From Candidatus Doriopsillibacter californiensis (GTDB taxonomy: Bacteria; Pseudomonadota; Gammaproteobacteria; Tethybacterales; Persebacteraceae), in contig JANQAO010000001.1 in the NCBI GenBank assembly GCA_030386295.1, positions 135,546 through 199,545 on the forward strand: DNA of 64,000 nucleotides. Reading direction: 5' to 3'. The notes under the pieces were generated by a model. It did not search any database. It was not told the origin of the DNA and saw only the letters and a program-made list of their open reading frames with translations. The position numbers and the translations under genes were made by a program. Within the stretch, counting starts at the first letter, position 1. Each line of letters starts with the position of its first letter. Below, piece after piece: positions 53,720 through 64,000 of this stretch.

Positions 53720-54234
53720 GTGCTGTCTTCTTCAACGAGGTCTACCGATTCAATAACTACGTCTTGTTCGGGGACGTCGGAGTGACCGGAGCGCTCGCCA
53801 GTGGCAGCTTCGCTGATGGTTATGCTTACATCGGTACCGTTTATTACCTTGCCAAATACACAGTAACCAAAACCTTCGTCGGTAGGCGCTGTGTAATCCA
53901 AAAAGTCGTTGTCGCAGACATTGATAAAAAACTGACTGGATGCCGAATGCGGTGCCGGCAAGCGTGCCATGGAAAGAGTGAATTTTTTGTTTTTGAGTCC
54001 GTTGGCTGCTTCGTTAAGAATGGGCTCTTCGGTCGCTTTAAGATACATGCCACGTTCCAAACCACCACCTTGAATCATAAAATTGGGAATGGCGCGGTGA
54101 AATAGCGTGTTGGTATAAAAACCACTTTTAGCATAACGCAAAAAATTAGCTACTGTTGCCGGTGCTTGTTCGGGATACAGCTCGGCAACTATCACGCCGT
54201 AGTTGGTAAGAATGCGGACGAGGGGATTGCTCAT
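53716..54234 (-). CDS. ppiB: Peptidyl-prolyl cis-trans isomerase B (cytoplasmic cyclophilin)
   Basis: Cyclophilin signature FHRAIPNFMIQGG and SMAR. Confidence 0.9.
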   Translation of the reverse strand: MSNPLVRILTNYGVIVAELYPEQAPATVANFLRYAKSGFYTNTLFHRAIPNFMIQGGGLERGMYLKATEEPILNEAANGLKNKKFTLSMARLPAPHSASSQFFINVCDNDFLDYTAPTDEGFGYCVFGKVINGTDVSITISEAATGERSGHSDVPEQDVVIESVDLVEEDST

Positions 54235-54836
54235 TGTGCCGATTTCTTTTCTACAATTATTGCTTTTTCAATGATGACCGAAGTTGCAGGGACATCGGCA
54301 AAAGGTCCGACATTTTTTGTGGGTGCGGCAGCAATGGCGTCAACTACTTCCTGTCCCTCAACTACTTTACCAAATACTGCATAACCGGGATTAGACGGCG
54401 AACGATCTAAGTTACCATTGTCGTTTAGATTGATAAAAAACTGACTGGTTGCCGAATGTGGATCATTGGTGCGTGCCATAGATAGGCTATAGCGTAAATT
54501 TTTAAGTCCGTTGCCGGCTTCATTTTGAATTGGTGCAGCAGTTTCTTTTTGTTTCATTTCAGGACTGAACCCGCCGCCTTGGATGACGAATCCCGGAATT
54601 ACGCGGTGAAAAATAAGTCCATCAAAAAAGCCGTTTTCAACGTAAGAAATAAAATTAGCGGCGGTGAGAGGGGCGTTTTTTTTGTCTATTTCTATTAACA
54701 TTACCCCTTTGTTTGTAGTCATTTCAACCCAAGCAGTTGTGGTGTCATTAGCAGCGGAAGTGCCATTTTCCTGTGCTTGGGCGACCCCGAAAGGCGCTAG
54801 GATAAAGGCAATAAGTGATACGAAGGCTTTTTTCAT
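54231..54836 (-). CDS. ppiA: Peptidyl-prolyl cis-trans isomerase A (periplasmic cyclophilin, signal peptide)
   Basis: Signal peptide followed by cyclophilin motifs (FHRVIPGFVIQGG, SMAR). Confidence 0.9.
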   Translation of the reverse strand: MKKAFVSLIAFILAPFGVAQAQENGTSAANDTTTAWVEMTTNKGVMLIEIDKKNAPLTAANFISYVENGFFDGLIFHRVIPGFVIQGGGFSPEMKQKETAAPIQNEAGNGLKNLRYSLSMARTNDPHSATSQFFINLNDNGNLDRSPSNPGYAVFGKVVEGQEVVDAIAAAPTKNVGPFADVPATSVIIEKAIIVEKKSAQ

Positions 54837-54879
54837 GGCAAAATCTCTTTTTTCAACGACATAATTCTATCTAATTCTC

Positions 54880-56259
54880 TTGTCTATCTCCAAAACACCG
54901 ATTCGCACCCGTTTTGCACCCAGCCCTTCTGGTTTTTTGCATTTGGGAAATATTCGTGCAGCATTATTTAATTGGTTGCTCGCCAAATCATTGGGTGGCA
55001 CTATGTTGTTGCGCATTGAAGATACCGATGCCAATCGTAGCGGCGATAATTATGCGGCAGCGATTGAAGACGATCTCAGCTGGCTTGGATTGGATTGGGC
55101 AGGAACTCCTATTCAACAATCGCAGCGAACAACGGAATATAACCAAGCGTTGCAAACACTGCTGAATAATGAAAAAGCCTATCATTGTTTTTGTTCGCCA
55201 GAAGCACTGAAAGCAGAACGTGCTCGGCAGCTTCAGGCTGGGCAACCACCACGTTATTCGGGTGTGTGCGCGCGCGGGTCGGTACAAGAAGCGCAACGGC
55301 GATTGAATAACGGGGAGCCGGCTGTGGTGCGCTTTCGCATGCCAGCGACAGAAATTGAATTTAATGACATTGTTTACGGGAGCATGAATTTTGACGGCGG
55401 TGACATTGGCGATTTTGTGTTGCGGCGAGCGGACGGTACGTTTTCATTTTTCTTTGTTAATGCGGTGGATGACGCATTGTGCGGTGTTACTCACGTTTTG
55501 CGTGGTGCTGATCACTTGGCTAACACGCCACGGCAGGTAGCACTGCTATCGGCATTGATGCTGAAATTTCCGACATATGGTCACGTACCATTAATAAATG
55601 ATGTTGACGGTAGACCTCTGTCCAAACGCAATGACCGTGACGGTATGTCTTCGTTGCGAGATTTGCGAAAGAAAGGCTATATACCAAAGGCAATTGTGAA
55701 TTATTTGGCGCGGTTGGGGCACACCATTGCCGATAACCAGTTGTTGACGTTGGCAGAATTGGCATCAATTTTTAACACAGAGGCACTGAGTAAAGCGCCG
55801 TCTAAATATGATGGTGCACAGTTAGCACACCGCCAAAAAGAAGCGACATTGATACTGGATGCGGCGGAATGGCGGAGTTGGTTGTGTTCAGTATTGCCGG
55901 CGACGTTGGTGGACAATCCGGTTTTTTATGAAGGAGCACGCGAAAACATTGTTTTGTTCAAAGAGGCCAAAGAGTGGGCGGCAGTAGTGGATGCTGAAAA
56001 CCTACAATTTACCGAAGCAGCACAGCAGGCATTGGCGGATGCGAATTTTTATCATGCGGCGTTGGCAGAATTACAAGATGATATGGAGTGGAAGTCGTTT
56101 TGTGTCCGCGTGGGCAGCGTAACTGGAAAAAAAGGCCGTGAGTTGTTTTTGCCATTGCGGGCAGCGCTGACTGGGCGCACTGACGGACCGGTCATGGGAC
56201 CGTTATTTACGTTAATAGGCAAAAAAATGGCGCACGCGCGAATTTGCCAGCACACCTAA
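54880..56259 (+). CDS. gltX: Glutamate--tRNA ligase
   Basis: RFAPSPSGFLHLGNIRAALF HIGH region and KLSKR-type motif (PLSKRN). 459 aa. Confidence 0.95.
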   Translation: MSISKTPIRTRFAPSPSGFLHLGNIRAALFNWLLAKSLGGTMLLRIEDTDANRSGDNYAAAIEDDLSWLGLDWAGTPIQQSQRTTEYNQALQTLLNNEKAYHCFCSPEALKAERARQLQAGQPPRYSGVCARGSVQEAQRRLNNGEPAVVRFRMPATEIEFNDIVYGSMNFDGGDIGDFVLRRADGTFSFFFVNAVDDALCGVTHVLRGADHLANTPRQVALLSALMLKFPTYGHVPLINDVDGRPLSKRNDRDGMSSLRDLRKKGYIPKAIVNYLARLGHTIADNQLLTLAELASIFNTEALSKAPSKYDGAQLAHRQKEATLILDAAEWRSWLCSVLPATLVDNPVFYEGARENIVLFKEAKEWAAVVDAENLQFTEAAQQALADANFYHAALAELQDDMEWKSFCVRVGSVTGKKGRELFLPLRAALTGRTDGPVMGPLFTLIGKKMAHARICQHT

Positions 56260-56409
56260 TTTCATCAAAAATAATATGTTGATAAACAGCACGTTAAATT
56301 TAGTTTTATCTGTCTTTAAAATTAATTTTCGTGCTTGGTGGACTCGCACAAAGAGTCCAATTAAAAATGGTATTATTGATATCGTCCGCACCAACAGAAA
56401 GGCAAATAT

Positions 56410-57369
56410 ATGAAAATCGGATTTATCGGATTGGGCAATGCGGGTGGTAAGTTGGCGGGTAGTTTATTGCGTAAAGAATTTGATTTGACTGTGCACGATT
56501 TGCAGCCTGCCGCGGCTAAACCCTTGCTAGATAACGGCGCCAAGTGGGCGCAAACACCGCGTCAAGCGGCAGTGGATGCCGATATGATAATTACTTGTCT
56601 GCCCTCGCCTGCTGCTAGCGCTGCTGTGATGGAAAACGCTGACGATGGGGTGTTGTCGGGACTCAAGGCAAACGTTGTGTGGGGGGAAATGAGCACTACG
56701 GACGAATCGGAAGTGCGTCGTTTAGGCGTTAAAGTATTAGCTGCCGGTGGACAAGCGCTGGATTGTCCAGTATCGGGTGGCTGTCATCGTGCCGCCACCG
56801 GAAATATTTCTATTTTTGTGGGTGGTGAGCGGCACACGTTTGAGCGCGTGCTGCCGGTACTCAAAGCGATGGGGCGGGACATTTTGCATACGGGTGGGTT
56901 GGGTTCAGCGTCGGTGCTGAAAGTGCTGACAAATTATTTGGCGTCGGCAAACCTTGTGTCATTGTGTGAAGCGTTGGTTGTTGCCAAATTGGCGGATATG
57001 GATTTAAATGTGGCTTATGAGGCTATTCGTATTTCATCCGGCAATTCTTTTGTCCACGAAACGGAGAGTCAAGTGATTTTGAACGGTAGTCGCAATATTG
57101 ATTTTACGATGGACTTGGTGCTCAAAGATGTTTCTCTATTTCAAACTCTTGCTGACAGGATAGGGGCACCATTGGAGTTGTCGCCGTTACTGGTTTCTAT
57201 TTTTAAAGATGGCGCTGCTCGTTATGGTAAACGGGAATGGTCATCCAACATTATTCGCCGTCTAGAAGATGCCTGTAATACCAGTGTCCGTGCGCCGGGT
57301 TTTCCGGCACAGATGATTGATAATGAGCCAGAGACGACGGGAGCCGAAGTCATTCCCAATCGTTCATAA
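56410..57369 (+). CDS. NAD(P)-dependent oxidoreductase, 3-hydroxyisobutyrate / 2-hydroxy-3-oxopropionate reductase family
   Basis: MKIGFIGLGNAGGKLAGSL Rossmann motif plus a 6PGD-like C-terminal domain. Confidence 0.8.
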   Translation: MKIGFIGLGNAGGKLAGSLLRKEFDLTVHDLQPAAAKPLLDNGAKWAQTPRQAAVDADMIITCLPSPAASAAVMENADDGVLSGLKANVVWGEMSTTDESEVRRLGVKVLAAGGQALDCPVSGGCHRAATGNISIFVGGERHTFERVLPVLKAMGRDILHTGGLGSASVLKVLTNYLASANLVSLCEALVVAKLADMDLNVAYEAIRISSGNSFVHETESQVILNGSRNIDFTMDLVLKDVSLFQTLADRIGAPLELSPLLVSIFKDGAARYGKREWSSNIIRRLEDACNTSVRAPGFPAQMIDNEPETTGAEVIPNRS

Positions 57370-57374
57370 CTGTT

Positions 57375-58175
57375 GTGACCGCCGAAGCAATAAAAGTCGC
57401 CACGTGGAATGTGAATTCTGTTCGCGCTCGCCTGCCGCATGTGCTGTTGTGGTTGCAAGAAGTAAAGCCCGATGTTTTACTGTTACAGGAAACTAAAAGT
57501 ATGGACGATAAATTTCCATATGTAGACATTGAAGCGGCGGGGTACGAGGTGGCGCACTATGGTCAGCCGGCCTATAACGGCGTCGCTATTATCAGTCGCT
57601 TACCATTAACAGAAATTATCCAAGGGATGCCAACCCGTGCCGATGACCCGCAGGCACGGGTACTGGCTGCTACGATAAAGCCAGCGGATAAGCCGGTACG
57701 ATTAGTATGTGCATATGTGCCCAACGGACAAAGTGTGGGCTCGGACAAATATCTCTACAAATTAGAGTGGTTGGCCGATTTTTGCGATTATCTGTCAGAT
57801 GCTCGTGCCCGTTATACGCGGGTGGTCGCCGGTGGTGATTACAACATCGCACCGGAAGCCTCGGATATTTATGATGCCGAAGCGTGGGGAGAAGAAGTGC
57901 TGGCTTCACCGCCGGAGCGTGCGGCATTGAAACGGATTTTGGACGTTGGTTATGCGGACGCACACCGTTTATTTGAACAACCGGAAAAAAGCTTCTCGTG
58001 GTGGGATTATCGAGCTGCCGCATTTCGCCGCAACATAGGAGTGCGTATAGATTTACTGCTGTTATCGGCAGACTTGAGCAAAAAATGTGTGTTTTGTGCC
58101 CCCGACATCACGCCACGTAGCTGGGAACGGCCATCTGACCATGCGCCGGTAGTGGCGAATTTATTGCTAAATTAA
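57375..58175 (+). CDS. xthA: Exodeoxyribonuclease III
   Basis: VATWNVNS..., LQETK and EEP nuclease catalytic motifs. 266 aa. Confidence 0.9.
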   Translation: MTAEAIKVATWNVNSVRARLPHVLLWLQEVKPDVLLLQETKSMDDKFPYVDIEAAGYEVAHYGQPAYNGVAIISRLPLTEIIQGMPTRADDPQARVLAATIKPADKPVRLVCAYVPNGQSVGSDKYLYKLEWLADFCDYLSDARARYTRVVAGGDYNIAPEASDIYDAEAWGEEVLASPPERAALKRILDVGYADAHRLFEQPEKSFSWWDYRAAAFRRNIGVRIDLLLLSADLSKKCVFCAPDITPRSWERPSDHAPVVANLLLN

Positions 58176-58319
58176 ACGAGCTTTTATTTCAGTAGATGGG
58201 TGGTATTGATAAGCACACTGGGAGTGAACAATGTACACGACCTCATTCAGTTTGGTAAGTATAGAAAGATGAGTGCGAGTTTGTGCACATGTAGTAATTT
58301 AGTGTTATAAGTCTGTATT

Positions 58320-61300
58320 GTGTGGGATTTTTGGATTGACAGAGGCGGTACTTTTACCGATATTGTTGCGCGACGCCCCGACGGCGGTTTGGAAACACGC
58401 AAGTTGTTGTCCGACAATCCGGAACAGTACGAAGATGCCGCCGTAGCCGGAGTGCGTGATTTATTAGGATTGGCAGCCAATGCGTCGTTGCCAGCCAATG
58501 CGGTCAATGTCATCAAAATGGGTACTACGGTTGCTACTAATGCTCTTTTAGAGCGCGTGGGAGCTCGCACTGTTTTATTGATTACCGCAGGTCTTGCAGA
58601 CTTGCCGTATATTGGTGAACAAAATCGCCCACGGTTGTTTGATTTGCATATTTGCCGTCCCAACATTTTGCCTGAGCGAGTAGTTGGCATTTCTGGGCGA
58701 TTGGACGCGGAAGGAGGTATTATCACTCCGCTGGATGAATCGGCAGTGCAGACGGTATTGCAGGCAGCATTTGATAATGGTATTCGCAGCGTGGCAATTG
58801 CTTTTATGCACAGCTATCTCAATCCGGTACACGAGAAGAGGGCAGCGACGATTGCAAAAGAAATTGGTTACACGCAAATATCAATCGGTCACGAGACCAG
58901 CCAGCTTATTAAAATTGTCCCTCGTGCTGATACGGCTGCACTGGACGCTTATCTGACACCGCTCTTGCGTCACTATGTAGATGGTGTAGGACGAATGCTG
59001 GGTGCGTCTTGCGGTGGTCGGTTGTTGTTTATGCGATCTAACGGTGGGCTTGTCGCCGCTAATTTGTTTCAGGGGCGAGATGCGATTCTTTCGGGGCCTG
59101 CCGGCGGTGTGGTGGGTATGGCACGCACTGCCGTTGCGGGAGGGTATGACAATGTTATCGGGTTTGATATGGGCGGCACGTCCACTGATGTTTGCCACTA
59201 TGCTGGAGAATTTGAGCGCAGCAGTGACAGTGAAATTAGTGGTTTGCGGTTACGCACGCCTATGATGCGTATTCATACAGTGGCAGCCGGTGGAGGTTCC
59301 ATATTGCGTTATGAAGACGGACGCTGCCAAGTAGGACCGCAAAGCGCTGGTGCTAATCCTGGTCCTGCCTGCTATCGCCGCGGTGGGCCGCTGACAGTAA
59401 CTGATTGCAATGTCATGTTGGGACGTATTCAGCCGACACATTTTCCTCGTGTTTTTGGTAAGAACGGAGATAAATTATTAGATGCGGCAGTAGTTAAAAA
59501 ACAATTTATTGCCTTGGCACAGACCGTTGCCGAAGAGTCTGGCAACTCTCCCTTGTCACCTGAAGAAACGGCGGTTGGATTTCTTCGCATTGCCATAGAA
59601 AACATGGCCAATGCCATTAAAAAAATTTCAGTGCAGCGCGGTTATGATATTACGTCGTATGTACTTAACAGTTTTGGCGGAGCCGGAGGCCAACACGCTT
59701 GCCAGGTTGCCGATGCGTTGGGAATGAAAACAGTTTTTACACACCCTTTCGCTGGTGTTTTATCGGCTTATGGAATGGGGCTTGCCGATATTCGCGCGCT
59801 ACGGGAACGACAATTTGAGTGCTTGGTAGATGCTGTTGTTGAAGCGGATGCAGCGCTGGCGGATATGGTAGAGGGGGCGGTGGCGGAAGTCATTGGTCAA
59901 GGCGTCGCCGAAGCTGGTATTGATATCGTCAAGCGTGTTCGCCTGCGTTACGAGGGGTCACACCAGACGTTGACTGTTCCCTTTGGCACTGCAGAAAAAA
60001 TGCGGGTAGATTTTTCAGCAACTCATAAAGTTCGATATGGATTTGTTGCTGACGAACGGGCGCTTGTTATGGAAGCGCTAGAAGTGGAGGTAATTGGTCG
60101 CAACACACTGCCGCCTGAAAATGTCTGTGAGTCGGTAACAACATTGCCAATTCCGACCGATACAGTGCGCGCTTATATTGATGGCGAATGGCGGCAGACG
60201 CCCCTGTATCGCCGAGGTGATTTGCTGTCTGGACAATCATTAGAGGGGCTTGCCATTATTAGCGAAGAGACGGCTACCACCGTGGTAGAAGACGGCTGGC
60301 AGGCGCATGTTAATTCCTACGGACATTTGATTCTTCAGCGCATTCGGATGCGTGCCAAAGAAAATATTGCTGGTGGGTGTCCTGACCCAGTTATGTTGGA
60401 AGTGTTTAATAATTTATTTATGTCTATTGCCGAACAGATGGGCTGGACATTAGCCGATACCGCGTATTCGGTCAACATTAAAGAGCGGTTGGATTTTTCG
60501 TGTGCATTATTTGACGCTGGCGGTGGACTAGTTGCCAATGCTCCGCATGTGCCGGTACATTTGGGTTCTATGGGCGAGTCGGTGCGTACCGTCATTCGCC
60601 AATGTGGTGACACTATGCAGCCGGGTGATTCGTTTATGCTCAACTCGCCCTTTGATGGTGGCACTCATCTTCCCGACATTACCGTTGTCTCGCCGATTTT
60701 TGATGATACTGGTGTGCATATTCGCTTTTTTGTCGGATCGCGTGGTCACCATGCTGACATCGGCGGACGAACTCCCGGCTCAGCTCCGCCCGACAGCCGT
60801 CACATTCAAGAAGAAGGAGTGCTTATTAGATGTTTCAAAATGGTGAGTGGTGGGAAATTGCGTGAAAAAGCCATTCGTGCTTTATTAGCTGTCGGACCCT
60901 ACCCTTGCCGTAATATTGCACAAAATATTGCTGACTTGCAGGCGCAACTGGCGGCCAACGAAACTGGCATCCGCGAAACTCAAAAAATGCTTGCACAATT
61001 TGGGTGGGAGGTAGTGCGCGCATACATGACACATGTGCAGGACAACGCTGAAGAATCCGTGCGCCGTGTTATCAAAAACCTAAATGGAGGAACTTATGTT
61101 TATCCGCTGGATAGTGGCGCGAAAATTTTGGTACGTGTTGACATAGACCGTGCAGCACGCACGGCGTGCATAGATTTTTCTGGTACTTCATTGCAGAATT
61201 CCGGTAACTACAACGTGCCGTCGGCGGTGTGCCGTGCGGCAGTATTGTATGTATTGCGTACACTTGCTGGTGCCGACATCCCGCTCAACGAAGGCTGTCT

Positions 61301-61922
61301 TAATCCTGTTAGCATCATCACGCCGGCAGGTAGTATGCTTAATCCAGACTATCCAGCGGCGGTTATCGCCGGCAATACCGAAGTTAGTCAGGCGATTGCC
61401 AACTGTCTGTTGGCGGCGGTGGGAGCACAAGCTAATTCGCAGGGAACAATGAATAATTTTGCGTGGGGAGATGAAACATTGCAAAATTACGAAACCATCG
61501 GTGGTGGCACTGGTGCTGGCCCGGACTTTGACGGTGCCAGTGCGGTGCAATCACATATGACTAATACTCGCATGACTGACCCAGAAGTATTGGAAAGGCG
61601 TTTTCCGGTGCGATTGGAAGAAATGTCTATTCGCACCGGTTCTGGCGGGTGTGGAAAATATAAAGGTGGTTGCGGCACAGTGCGGCGGTTGCGTTTTTTG
61701 CGACCAATGACAGTAACCGTATTGACATCACACCGCCGTACGCCGCCCTTGGGTATGGTTGGTGGCGGTAATGGTATGACAGGAGAAAATAGTGTGTGCA
61801 AAGCGGACGGTACGATGGTTTACTTGCGTGGTAATGATGAATGCCAAATGGAGGCGGGGGATGTTTTTGTCATGAAAACGCCGGGCGGTGGCGGGTGGGG
61901 AAAAACCAGTAATGCCGATTAG
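58320..61922 (+). CDS. 5-oxoprolinase (ATP-hydrolysing), fused hydantoinase A/B (HyuA-HyuB) type, 1200 aa
   Basis: N-terminus [14 protein letters not shown] and hydantoinase_A and _B regions in one polypeptide. Confidence 0.85.
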   Translation: MWDFWIDRGGTFTDIVARRPDGGLETRKLLSDNPEQYEDAAVAGVRDLLGLAANASLPANAVNVIKMGTTVATNALLERVGARTVLLITAGLADLPYIGEQNRPRLFDLHICRPNILPERVVGISGRLDAEGGIITPLDESAVQTVLQAAFDNGIRSVAIAFMHSYLNPVHEKRAATIAKEIGYTQISIGHETSQLIKIVPRADTAALDAYLTPLLRHYVDGVGRMLGASCGGRLLFMRSNGGLVAANLFQGRDAILSGPAGGVVGMARTAVAGGYDNVIGFDMGGTSTDVCHYAGEFERSSDSEISGLRLRTPMMRIHTVAAGGGSILRYEDGRCQVGPQSAGANPGPACYRRGGPLTVTDCNVMLGRIQPTHFPRVFGKNGDKLLDAAVVKKQFIALAQTVAEESGNSPLSPEETAVGFLRIAIENMANAIKKISVQRGYDITSYVLNSFGGAGGQHACQVADALGMKTVFTHPFAGVLSAYGMGLADIRALRERQFECLVDAVVEADAALADMVEGAVAEVIGQGVAEAGIDIVKRVRLRYEGSHQTLTVPFGTAEKMRVDFSATHKVRYGFVADERALVMEALEVEVIGRNTLPPENVCESVTTLPIPTDTVRAYIDGEWRQTPLYRRGDLLSGQSLEGLAIISEETATTVVEDGWQAHVNSYGHLILQRIRMRAKENIAGGCPDPVMLEVFNNLFMSIAEQMGWTLADTAYSVNIKERLDFSCALFDAGGGLVANAPHVPVHLGSMGESVRTVIRQCGDTMQPGDSFMLNSPFDGGTHLPDITVVSPIFDDTGVHIRFFVGSRGHHADIGGRTPGSAPPDSRHIQEEGVLIRCFKMVSGGKLREKAIRALLAVGPYPCRNIAQNIADLQAQLAANETGIRETQKMLAQFGWEVVRAYMTHVQDNAEESVRRVIKNLNGGTYVYPLDSGAKILVRVDIDRAARTACIDFSGTSLQNSGNYNVPSAVCRAAVLYVLRTLAGADIPLNEGCLNPVSIITPAGSMLNPDYPAAVIAGNTEVSQAIANCLLAAVGAQANSQGTMNNFAWGDETLQNYETIGGGTGAGPDFDGASAVQSHMTNTRMTDPEVLERRFPVRLEEMSIRTGSGGCGKYKGGCGTVRRLRFLRPMTVTVLTSHRRTPPLGMVGGGNGMTGENSVCKADGTMVYLRGNDECQMEAGDVFVMKTPGGGGWGKTSNAD

Positions 61923-62109
61923 GTTGCTCGGCGTACGCCGTTGGAAAGAATTTGGGTATTGTGTGGTGAGTCATGAATAATAAGATTTTTGATATTATTG
62001 CTAAATTGTAAAAAACGAATAATGACTCAATTTATGGTACAACTTTTTCCGCAAAAACGGATGAAGATTCTAACCACGAAGAAATTGCGGCGTGGCGTGG
62101 CGGTATCTT

Positions 62110-62550
62110 ATGTCTAATTTATTTTCAATCATTCACGGACCCAATCTAAACATGCTTGGCAAGAGAGAAATCGGCATTTATGGGAAGGAAACGATGGACG
62201 ATATTAATGCTGAAATTAATCGCGAAGCGGATCGGATTGACGTTGCAGTTGATTTTTTTCAATCCAATTCAGAAGGTGAGTTGGTAACGCACATGCAGCA
62301 ATGCCGAGAAAGAGCTAAAGGCGCCGTGCTCAACGCTGGAGCGTACACGCATTATTCAATCGCTTTGCGCGATGCCATTTCGGCGGCGCAGATTCCAGTT
62401 ATTGAAGTGCATATATCCAACGTTTACAAGCGGGAAAGTTTTCGCCATGTGTCAGTGATTGCGCCTGTGTGCGCCGGGCAAATTTGTGGTTTTGGTTCGC
62501 AAGGATATATCTTGGCGCTTAAAGTGTTGGCTGAAAAATTTGATATTTAA
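62110..62550 (+). CDS. aroQ: 3-dehydroquinate dehydratase, type II (catalytically intact)
   Basis: HGPNLNMLGKREIGIYG (Arg/Tyr), NAGAYTHYS and EVHISNVYKRESFR with all canonical catalytic and binding residues. The ORF-track start at 62092 is an upstream extension. Confidence 0.9.
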   Translation: MSNLFSIIHGPNLNMLGKREIGIYGKETMDDINAEINREADRIDVAVDFFQSNSEGELVTHMQQCRERAKGAVLNAGAYTHYSIALRDAISAAQIPVIEVHISNVYKRESFRHVSVIAPVCAGQICGFGSQGYILALKVLAEKFDI

Positions 62551-62555
62551 TTGAT

Positions 62556-63011
62556 ATGAAAAACAGTGAAAAATTGAAAAAAATCCTAGTCATATCAGGA
62601 CCTAATATAAGCTTTTTGGGAGCGGATGAAACTTCCATTGATGAGCAAATTTTTTTAAAAGAAATTCATAGCACATTAAATTCGATTGGTAGTGAATTTA
62701 ATGTTGAAGTCGTTTGCGTTCAATTTGATCAAGAAAAAGAAACAATAGACTGTTTACAAAAAGCCACTGATGCGTTTAGGGGAATTATTATTAACGCAGG
62801 TATTTTGGCGCGCAATGGTTATGCACTTCGTAACGCCATTGAGGCGTTGGCTGTGCCCTGTGTTGAGGTTTTTGTTTCCAATGTTCATGCCAGTGAAGAA
62901 TGCCGCCACCAGTCTGTTATCGCTTCCGCTTGCGTTGGTGTCATCGGTGGTTTTGGTATCAAAAGTTATATTTTGGCGCTACAAGCATTAGTCCATCTGA
63001 GGGAAGTTTGA
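62556..63011 (+). CDS. Type II dehydroquinase-like paralog lacking the catalytic residues (probable pseudo-enzyme), with noticeably lower GC
   Basis: Same fold-length and GPN/NAG/SNV scaffolding, but Arg19 and Tyr24 become D/D (LGADETSID), His81 becomes R (NAGILARNG), His101 becomes F (EVFVSN) and Arg108 becomes S. AT-rich codon usage. Confidence 0.75.
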   Translation: MKNSEKLKKILVISGPNISFLGADETSIDEQIFLKEIHSTLNSIGSEFNVEVVCVQFDQEKETIDCLQKATDAFRGIIINAGILARNGYALRNAIEALAVPCVEVFVSNVHASEECRHQSVIASACVGVIGGFGIKSYILALQALVHLREV

Positions 63012-63166
63012 TGACATATGGTGGAAGCGTGTTGACGGTATGCGCCGGGTATACGCCACAAAAAATCGCAAATAATATTGCGAGTCAACATTTTTTTATT
63101 CTCAAAGAATATTGTTGCGCACAAAAATCGGTTGGTGATTTTTTTACTAGAAGCTAGAAGATTGGT

Positions 63167-63763
63167 TTATCGCCTTGGATCAGTTTGTGTTAATGAACTT
63201 CGTGGAGCGATATTTTCAAACCATGCCGTCAATGCAGGATTAGTGGTGCGCCAGTCATAGTCTGGTATTCGAAAAGAGAGCATGTCCAGTAGGCAAAAAC
63301 AACCGACATCGCTCAGATCAAAACTATCGTTGCGTGTGGCTATGTCTTTATTTAAATACGCTAAAACACTGCCAACCTTAGACATAAGCCAGTCACGCCA
63401 CGCAGCCGAGTCCATTTCTGGCGCTACACGTTTGGCCATAATAATACTCAACATTGAATCCAGAGCGCCTTCTACCAGTGCGGTTCGGTTTTTTACCGCG
63501 GCTCGTGCTTTTGGTTCCGTGGGCAAAAAAGGTGGCGTGCTATTTAAGCTGTCTAAATATTCACAAATCGTGCGTGAATCTATAATGATTTCGCCATCGT
63601 CGGCAATGAGTACCGGTACTTTGCGCAATGGATTAGTGGCGAGCAATTGCTCGTCATTTTCCCACGGTGAAGCGGGCGTTATTTCGCAATTAATGCCTTT
63701 TTCCAAAATAATAACGTGTGCTTTGCGGGCATAAGGGCTGGTGGGGGTCATAAGTAATTTCAT
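63167..63763 (-). CDS. Glutathione S-transferase
   Basis: N-terminal thioredoxin-like GST domain ([24 protein letters not shown]...VPVL) plus a C-terminal helical domain. Its start ATG overlaps the aroC stop (ATGA). Confidence 0.8.
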   Translation of the reverse strand: MKLLMTPTSPYARKAHVIILEKGINCEITPASPWENDEQLLATNPLRKVPVLIADDGEIIIDSRTICEYLDSLNSTPPFLPTEPKARAAVKNRTALVEGALDSMLSIIMAKRVAPEMDSAAWRDWLMSKVGSVLAYLNKDIATRNDSFDLSDVGCFCLLDMLSFRIPDYDWRTTNPALTAWFENIAPRSSLTQTDPRR

Positions 63764-64000
63764 GAGTTGTACCTCGAGGTGATTAATAAATTTCCGCATT
63801 GACCGCGGTGACGCAAAGCGTGGTCGACTAATGTCAGAGCCAGCATTGCTTCAGCTACTGGTACGGCGCGGATACCGACACAAGGGTCGTGACGACCTAA
63901 TGTGGAGACTGTGGTTTCTTCATCTTTTTTGTTTAACGTGCGGCGTGGCAGGCGAATGCTGGAGGTTGGTTTGATTGCCAATCGCGCAACAATATCCTGT
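63760..64000 (-). CDS. aroC: Chorismate synthase, 3' end only (the gene continues beyond the window)
   Basis: The C-terminal peptide ..[33 protein letters not shown].. matches the AroC family C-terminus. Confidence 0.85.
   Translation of the reverse strand, partial: QDIVARLAIKPTSSIRLPRRTLNKKDEETTVSTLGRHDPCVGIRAVPVAEAMLALTLVDHALRHRGQCGNLLITSRYNS

Overview
This 64 kb window is a contiguous chromosomal segment of roughly 50% GC from a proteobacterium, gene-dense and mostly housekeeping. Gene order suggests a betaproteobacterium (dnaA-dnaN-gyrB without recF; ilvC-psd-pssA; ppiA-ppiB-lpxH; cutA-dsbD; short-form hisG), but that is inference only.

Recognisable content:
- The replication-initiation cluster (dnaA-dnaN-gyrB-topB), unusually preceded directly by fhs and a 5-formyl-THF cyclo-ligase gene, so dnaA has no upstream intergenic region.
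- A tmRNA (ssrA) gene with its tag-peptide frame and terminator.
- A partial accC at the 5' edge and a partial aroC at the 3' edge, plus many metabolic genes (polA, iscS, ilvC, hisGD, gshB, gltX, xthA, a fused 5-oxoprolinase, nadC, dacA and others).

No CRISPR array, rRNA, tRNA, integrase or transposase was seen.

The most unusual block is a tightly spaced plus-strand operon at about 34.5-41.3 kb. It encodes an ELM1/GtrOC1-like putative glycosyltransferase, a small 2OG-Fe(II) oxygenase, a 630-aa protein I cannot assign to any family, an orphan Cox11/CtaG copper chaperone, a DUF2970 miniprotein, a YheT-like hydrolase and AlgC. A DUF2909 miniprotein lies nearby, and no oxidase structural genes are within reach. 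This is the best candidate here for an undescribed system, possibly hydroxylation-plus-glycosylation, but that reading is speculative.

Other points of interest:
- A tandem aroQ pair in which the second, low-GC copy has lost essentially all catalytic residues and looks like a pseudo-enzyme.
- An orphan two-lipoyl E2 (aceF-like) gene with no E1 or E3 partner nearby.
- A 55-codon ORF interrupted by an in-frame TAA, sitting in an AT-rich 546 bp tract next to ssrA.
- A short ORF followed by a terminator-like hairpin immediately upstream of a GNAT gene, which resembles an attenuator.
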